Shown: piece by piece, positions 45,783 through 64,000 of the stretch | Layout of the letters: the number at the start of each line of letters is the position of its first letter | Position numbering within the stretch: position 1 is the stretch's first letter | NCBI GenBank assembly: GCA_012295275.1 | Contig: CM022666.1 | Coordinates: 248,001-312,000, forward strand | DNA from: Chrysomallon squamiferum | Lineage: Eukaryota > Animalia > Mollusca | Direction of reading: 5' to 3' | Length of the DNA stretch: 64,000 bases | Notes under the pieces: model-generated | Seen by the model: only the letters and a program-made list of their open reading frames with translations | Database searches by the model: none | Told to the model about the DNA's origin: nothing | Made by a program: the position numbers and the translations under genes

Positions 45783-46424
45783 GATATACAGCTTTCAGTT
45801 AAATAGAGCTACTACATGGCTTATTTACTGATTTGATAAATAGCCTCAATGTTAAATATATATAGATATATATATGTTCTCTAATGACAAGAAGTATTTT
45901 GTAAACACTTTGCGGATAACAAAACTTGAAGGTGGGGTTTGAATATGTGGTGGACTGGTCAGTCGCCTATTTATTTATACACTACTGTCCACGCTGCAGT
46001 GGTCAGTTATATATTTATATACTAATAATATTGTTGTTGCTGCTGTTGTTTCTTATTTCTCTCTTCTTTTTTCAGACGATGCTGAGACGACGTAAGTTGT
46101 AATTATATTATTATTGTCGCTATTTTTATTAAAGTTTACAATATACACTTGTCCAGAAAAAAATCCCTTCTTTATGAAATACTGTTGTGACAATTTAAAT
46201 CATTTAGTATGAAATGTGACAGTGTATTGTCATTCGTAATAAAGTGACATTTGCGTACGAATTTGATAACAGTACATTTATTTTATTTTGATGTTCTAAG
46301 ATCTTGTTGAGCGGTGTGTGTTGCTGGATTAGTTTTAAGATCTGAGTGAGGCTGTGAGTGTCAAATGTAATATGTCAACTTTCAAAGTTTTTAAACTTTG
46401 CTTATTTCGTCTCTCTTTAGGTAG
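34481..46424 (+). CDS. G4: complete 5-Ig type-I membrane protein, about 772 aa
   Basis: Exons 34481-34529, 36934-37326, 37603-37632, 39660-40058, 40761-40790, 41296-41682, 42128-42157, 42434-42832, 43299-43331, 43705-44097, 44243-44272, 45138-45263, 46076-46091, 46421-46440 (TAG at 46422-46424). Confidence 0.82.
34560..35800. mobile_element. About 1.2 kb insertion specific to G4 intron 1, probably a non-autonomous DNA element
   Basis: Flanks (gatcagtttgata ... aatgacatttaatgaacac) are nearly contiguous in G2 at about 8605-8650; no coding signature recognised. Confidence 0.4.
36934..37326 (+). CDS. G4 Ig domain A exon
   Basis: 393 nt; IRC...IGHYVC. Confidence 0.85.
38115..39040 (-). mobile_element. 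Degenerate Mutator-like (MULE) transposase fragment in a G4 intron
   Basis: Minus-strand peptides GCFYHLTQSTWCKIQDLGL (CxxH motif), LAFLP..LLTYFDRTYVSG and P.FAP...NVH....PRTTN are typical of MULE transposases; frameshifted, more GC-rich than flanks, absent from paralogous introns. Confidence 0.8.
39660..40058 (+). CDS. G4 Ig domain B exon
   Basis: 399 nt; four aa differences from G2 IgB by eye. Confidence 0.85.
41296..41682 (+). CDS. G4 Ig domain C exon
   Basis: 387 nt. Confidence 0.85.
42434..42832 (+). CDS. G4 Ig domain D exon
   Basis: 399 nt. Confidence 0.85.
43705..44097 (+). CDS. G4 Ig domain E exon
   Basis: 393 nt; DSGTYEC. Confidence 0.85.
45138..45263 (+). CDS. G4 transmembrane exon
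   Basis: 126 nt; VPLIMTVIAAIALVAFIVYRV then RKHRRQTKR. Confidence 0.8.
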
Positions 46425-48476
46425 AAAAAGAGAGATGAAGGTGCGTTCTTGACATCTGTTTATACTCTTATTGTAGTCGTTGTTGATATTAATTGCTTTT
46501 AGTTATATTGTTATTATTATTACTTTTATTATTACTGTCATTATTATTGTTGTTATTTTTCTGATTTTTACTATTGTTATTGCTAGTGCTGTTCTGATTA
46601 TTATTGTTGCTATTTTTATTATTGATACTGTTATTTTATTCCCCCTGAATCTCATGCTGTAAGTATATGAAAAAGAAATTGTGAATGTATACACATTTCT
46701 TTGTTTTCATTGTTGTTAAATCAGTTACTGTTATGCTTCATATTATTTTAATAAAAACAAAAAACGAGAAAAGAAGAAGAAAGAAAAGTAGAAAAAAAAA
46801 AGAGAGAGAGAAAAAAGAGAGACTTCAATAAATGACTAGAAATGGAAAAATTAATGGTTAAGGGCGATAATTCTATCTATTTTGTTGCTTTTGCTTTCTG
46901 GTTTTAATTATGCTATGTCAGGCGACTGGAAATTTCTGAAGTAATAGAGAACATTTAAATATGTTCAGTTTTTAGGGATTGTTTTTCTTTTTTTTTTTTT
47001 TTTTCTTCATCAAGCTGTTACTCAGTGATGCTAGGAAGATAATCTGGTCGAAAAAGAAATTGATTCTAAAAATGACGGACAATGTCCAATTTCGTGGAAA
47101 ATTAGCATTTTTCAAATTTAGTTTCCTACAGTTAAATGAAAATCGATCTTTATGAAACATATATGTTGATGAAGTGGTTTCTGTTGCTCTTTCGTAGTAA
47201 GTAATTCATTTTTTAATTTTTTTATAATTTTATTTTACTGAACTAAATTTGATTTCTTAACGTGGGTAGAAAGTGAAAGAATTGTTGAAAATATAGTCTT
47301 AGTTTATTTTGTGGTATCTTGCCAATCTCGAGCAACAAAACTTTAAAAACGTAAGCGACGAAAGGTGAGCATTAGATGGTGAGAGAAAATTATTTTCAAT
47401 GTCACTGTAACTGCTGTAGCTGTGTATTGACAAAAGAGAAAAATGTGTGGTTAGATGGTGATTTGAGCCCGATGAAGCAATGATTAACATACATCAGTAA
47501 TCATGAAAATATGTTATCTTTGTTTTAATAGATGACATTAACAAAAAAAAAAACGAAATTTTTAAAATTTTATCAGTATAGTGTTCTCTCCAATCTTAAG
47601 AAAAAAAATGTCATCAATTCGTAAAATATTTCTTAAAAATAATGGAAGTAAGGTTCTTCTAATTAAAACTAAGATTTCAGAAGAATTTTCATAAACAGTC
47701 CATTTTAATTAAACATAATCAAGACAAAAACTGACATAGCTAAGAACTGTTCACACAACGGATCACATAAAGAGGAATGTGAGACATCGCTGGAAAGTGT
47801 TTTTATTACTCTGTTGATTAGTGTGTTATAAGTATATGTTCTTGAATATATGTTGTTCAGTAACATATTTTATCAGTACAACCCAGATATAACGTTTAAC
47901 TGAACAGCTGGGTGCTTGTCTTTCATTACAGTTATGCAACAACACAGATTGTTCATCAAGGAACATTTTATCTTCTCTTCAACAGCTCACAAATATGCCT
48001 GAGATTCATTTTGGGTTTTTTCTTCACTAGCTCCAGTTATCTTCAGCATCGAGTTACGAGCTCAGTCCTAGTAACATTATTAATAATCAAAACCAGTTGT
48101 TGAGGACCTTTAATCCTGAGTGCGACTCCCAAAGCACTTTACAATTACAGTGTATTAAGAACACTGGCACAATGATGAATTATGATATAATAGTACTTGC
48201 ATCTACTGTTTGCTGATATGACTGTAAATGGAATTAGTAATGACGTCTGTAATCAATCAGTCACAAATACGGCAGGTTTTATATACTCCTGATGTTACTA
48301 AAAGCAGGTTTGAGCTCAGTTCTATTGTCACTGTACGGAACGTAATAGAAACCAAGACGCCAAGTTGGGATCAAACGCCTACACGTGTTTTATTTCTGTC
48401 TTGAAATGTTTGTGATATTTTGTAATTAGGTGAATGCATATTTCTTAAAATTAAAAATTTAATTTAATTTATTATA

Positions 48477-48522
<46 letters not shown>

Positions 48523-48709
48523 AATTAAATATTTTTTTACAATTGTATATATCACCTGTAATATGTCGAAAGCAAATTATTTCTAGTACAAAAGCTTAAA
48601 TTCTTTTGCAGATTTATGATGCATTAGACATCAAGACTAAAGGAAAACGGCAGTTGTTTGGAAATAGGAAATGTTTTACATCTATACGTTTATACTTTAT
48701 AGTCAAACT

Positions 48710-48812
<103 letters not shown>

Positions 48813-50862
48813 CATAAATAGTTTTAGCTATTCGTTCGTTCCATGAAACTTTATGATGTTCATTAAGGAAAATCTGAAAATAAATTATTGTTATTGTTAT
48901 TATTATTATTATTTTTATTAGTGTTGTTGTTGTTGTTGATGTTGTTGGATAAACCAAAATGGTGAACAAAATCCGTCATAGACTACCATATTACTTCATA
49001 TAGTATGTATGTTTTTCGTTTATCAAATTGCAATCGGTTACTGCCGTTTTATTGTCAATGAGAATAAGATATTTTACCATGAAAAATGTTGATTGATGTA
49101 AATTTCGTAAATCAGTTAATAATAGAAACGAATAGTTTGAAACAGCATACGAAATATAGCAATAAAGACATATAATAATAATAATAAGAAGAAGAAGAAG
49201 AAGAAGAAGATGATGATAATGATGATGAAGAGTATTTATCTTTATGTATCTACCTATATCAAGAAGAAAGAAAAAGAAAAAAAAAAAAAGGAGAAGGAAA
49301 CCCTGACATTTTAATTTTTTGAGGGAAGGTTCATCTTTCAACAGGTTGCAGTTTTCTTCAGCACTGAGTTACAGTCTTAGTGTAATAACATTACAGTAAC
49401 ATTACAGTAACGTTTCCTCCTCAGCTCAAAGCACTTTATAACCAGAGTTCATTAAGAATACATGGACAAAATCTGAATACTTAAAAATGTCACATTCAGT
49501 GTTTAGTGATGTGACTATAAAGGAAACTGAAACTGATTTTCACTTGAAAATATTTAAGGATACATGTTTCTGAGAACCTGTTTGAATGTGGGAATGGGTT
49601 TTATTAAGCAAATTTCAAACCAAAGAGGAGAACTGTATAAGGAAATCTGTACTGAGTGACCTACCTTTTTACTTACTAATTATGTAATATGTTTTACACC
49701 AAGTAACAAGCTTATCTTAACATAACAAGTTTATCTTTTTCCCACTAACACTAATTAAACACATATTCCATTATGAGTTGCAAACATTATCGAAGGTATT
49801 TCTTCAACAACAAAACAAGTAAAGAAAATTCTAAATACCACTAAATAAACAAGAAGGTCATTTTTAGATCGCAACAACAGTTGAGAAACTGAAGTCACGT
49901 GATCGTATATTAAATAAACTACTTAAAACCTTCACAGATTTTGTGTTGACGATCTCCAACGTACAGTCTGTAACTGACATTATTCCGAGAAGTGACGTAC
50001 CTAAATAACTTTGATTATTTATTAACCGAAATAGACGCACAGTTGTGCAATCTACACGTAACCGGTTCGATATCATTTCAACCTAGATTCAACAATTAAA
50101 TCGTAATTTTATGCGGTCAAAACGACATTTCTGAATAGAATGATCAATTTTCTTGCAAATAAAAATCTTCAAACAGACTTGACCTGTTGCTTTGTGAATT
50201 GCGAGTTAATCGGCTCAATAACCACAACTTAATGCGTCTTTAAAATACCACGGTGATATCTCTCCGATCTAGCGGTGATTGTGTAGTTTCTTTCGGCTAC
50301 AATTCTACTGCGTTTTTTAAAACATGAAATAATACTCCTTCTGTGATATATTTTTGAAAAAGGTCTGTTGATTGAAAATAGTCAAAACACTGTACATAAT
50401 TTGTTTATCGAGGTTTTCCAGTTATATTCAAGACTAATGAAACTAAGATGTTTTTCTATGTGGTCTCTCTGTGTTTGTAGTAAGACTACTCGTAGAGTTA
50501 ACCCAAAGAGCGTATAAAGAAACGTATGAACAGAGTTCGCGATGCACGTTTGTAGAAACACAGCCCCAAAGCACTTCTGACTGAAATTAAATGGTACCAT
50601 TCGAGCAAGAAACACAAAGACAATACTTGAAACTTTCTATTCATTCAGGTTTTATTCAGATAAGACCTAATAGAATATAAATCAAGTATTCAAAGTCCGG
50701 AAAAAACTGAAAAAAACAACAACAAACAAGTGTATTGCTGACCCAAAATATAAATTTCTTGGGATGCTTTTAAGTCATGCGAAACCACGATCTAAATTTG
50801 TGACGTAACACATACGACATAAACATTTGAAAAGACAGTCTAAGTGATTGATACATTTCATA

Positions 50863-61891
<11,029 letters not shown>

Positions 61892-62406
61892 AGAACAGAA
61901 GAAAATTGACTGAAACTGAATGACTGCAGTTGTTAGCTTTTATTTATTTATTCTCACACATTTGCCTCTTTCATCATTAAGTGTAGATTTCTTCCTATGT
62001 AAGGTGATAAGTAATAGCTTCGATATTTGGAACCGTTCACTACTGACACCACTGATACATTAATGTACTGAAATAACTGATCTCTAATCTACAGAGTGTT
62101 GCTTACGAAGTTTCTTTGTTTTATTTGTCTATTTTTCCTGATTTTTAATTTTTTTTTTTTTTTTTTTTTTTTTTTGTAAATCTCTAAATCACTTTTAGCT
62201 CCGTTTTCTTTGTTGTGATGTCAAGTAACTGATTTAAAATGAAGAATCGAACTGTTAGTGCCAGTTATAAAACTAAAAATAAAAATGGTTGATTTGGGAA
62301 AACAACAACAATAAAACCTAATAAATAAATAAATAAAATTTGTACCAAGAAAATAGTAAATTAGATTGCGACAGAATATGATGTTGTTGTAGTATATTTT
62401 ACAAAA

Positions 62407-62449
<43 letters not shown>

Positions 62450-62827
62450 TCGCGGCTTATGAAACTGGTACTATTGCTAATATTTGTTAGTGCTTATATC
62501 TGTTCAGTAATTTTTTTCTCAACAAACGATGTTTATAATGGAAATTGTATCTGTAATCAAATAAAACTTTGTGGTACAGAAAATTGTTCCGTTTTACACC
62601 AGCTTGGTTATTTATTATTATTATTATTATTGTTATTATTAATAGTTCAAAAACTTTCACAGTTTAATATTACATTTTAATGTTTGCTTATTGTGAAAGC
62701 ACAACCAGACTAATCATTTAGTGACGTAATTGAGGATTAAGATGAATTAATATATGACGCAGTTGTTTGACGTCACAGGTTTAACAAGATCACGCCTAAA
62801 TTAGAAGGTCAAGGTATTTTATGCACA

Positions 62828-62876
62828 ATGTCAAATTGTATTTTCTTTTTATTATGCACTGCAGCTTGGCCAGTAG
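62828..62876 (+). CDS. G6 signal-peptide exon (rest of the gene outside the window)
   Basis: MSNCIFFLLCTAAWPV then G|gtaagt, homologous to G2-G5 first exons; perfect TGACGTCA at 62768-62775. Confidence 0.72.
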
Positions 62877-63087
62877 GTAAGTCAATCGCTATAACAGTAA
62901 TAGAATAACAAAAGAATAAATTAATAAAATAAACACTATAGAGATGACAAACGACTTCACCGTTTGCTAACAACAAAAATAAATCCGTACTTTTACAGTT
63001 TCTTGTAAAATAAATTTTTAAAGCAAACTTTCTGAAGAATGAATAATGCAAAATAAATTAAGTATAAATAAATAAAAAGATTATATA

Positions 63088-63129
<42 letters not shown>

Positions 63130-63674
63130 TATAATTATAATTATAATTATTATTATTTTTATTATTATTATTATTATTATATTATTATTATTATTATTAT
63201 TATAAAAGAACCAAAACTTGACAATAAATAACAACCGGTATTAAGCTTTTCACTAAACATAATAACAAGAATAAATTAGATAAAATAAATAAATAAATAA
63301 ATAAATAATTCTAAATCAGTATATTGCGTTTTACATTTAGTTCTACGAATGTGTTTTCCAGAAGGATTATATCTGCCACCAATACTAATTACCTTGCTTT
63401 CGTGGCTAAAATGTGCCTGAAGTATATGTAAAAAAGTTCAGCACGTTCTTGTAAATGACTGTTGCTCCCAAATAAATTAAAATAACGTGATAAAACTTTG
63501 GGTGATGAAAAGAACATCATTTGTTACGTCGCACGCGGCTGTGTGTGCTGCACGTGCTCACGCGGTGCGCTCGTGCTGTCACAGAAGCGCGTGCACTACA
63601 GATGTGTTGAAATCTTATTTTGATGCAGTGTTCAATTTGATCCAAAAACAAAAGGAATAATTTATCCTGTTAGG

Positions 63675-64000
63675 ATGGGTCGCTGTCCAGGCTTAACGGA
63701 AAATCAGCGTCGTGAAGCTGTGGGACGGGTTAACGCCAGCCAACGCGTACACGACGTCGTTCAGTACAACGTGCACACCAGAGTGCGCACGTGCGACATG
63801 GATCTCGTTCTGGTAGACCACGATTAACTACACCAAGGGATGGTGGTATTTTGTGACGTCACAGGTTCGAAAGTGCTCCACGTTTAGCTTGCACTGTGCA
63901 GCAAACCACAGGCTCTAGAATTCACACTCAAACTGTGCGTACCCGACTCCATGCTGCTGGGTTACAAACACGTCGCCCTGTTGTAGATGTTCCCCTCACA
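63675..64000 (+). mobile_element. Degenerate Tc1/mariner transposase N-terminus
   Basis: MGRCPGLTENQRREAVGRVNASQRVHDVVQYNVH, then RSGRPRLTTPRD (GRPR motif after a paired-like HTH region); disrupted frame. Confidence 0.7.

Overview
Very AT-rich, microsatellite-dense animal (probably invertebrate) genomic DNA. Nearly the whole window is a head-to-tail + strand tandem array of at least six paralogous type-I membrane immunoglobulin-superfamily genes, starts about 11-16 kb apart. G1 lacks its 5' end, G2-G5 are complete and only the first exon of G6 is present. Reading splice sites by eye gives one architecture: signal-peptide exon; five atypical V-set-like Ig exons (A-E, 387-399 nt), each followed by a 30- or 33-nt linker microexon; a TM exon; and a cytoplasmic tail of alternating 16- and 20-nt microexons. 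All extracellular exons are phase 1-1. Domain A is hypervariable in its CDR-like segments, domain D is almost invariant, and the paralogs are recombination mosaics. Tails are long in G5, truncated in G1/G2/G4 and absent in G3. Transposon relics (MULE, Tc1/mariner, MITE-like) sit in introns. Most other ORFs in the track are microsatellite artefacts. Gene models are manual predictions without transcript or database support.
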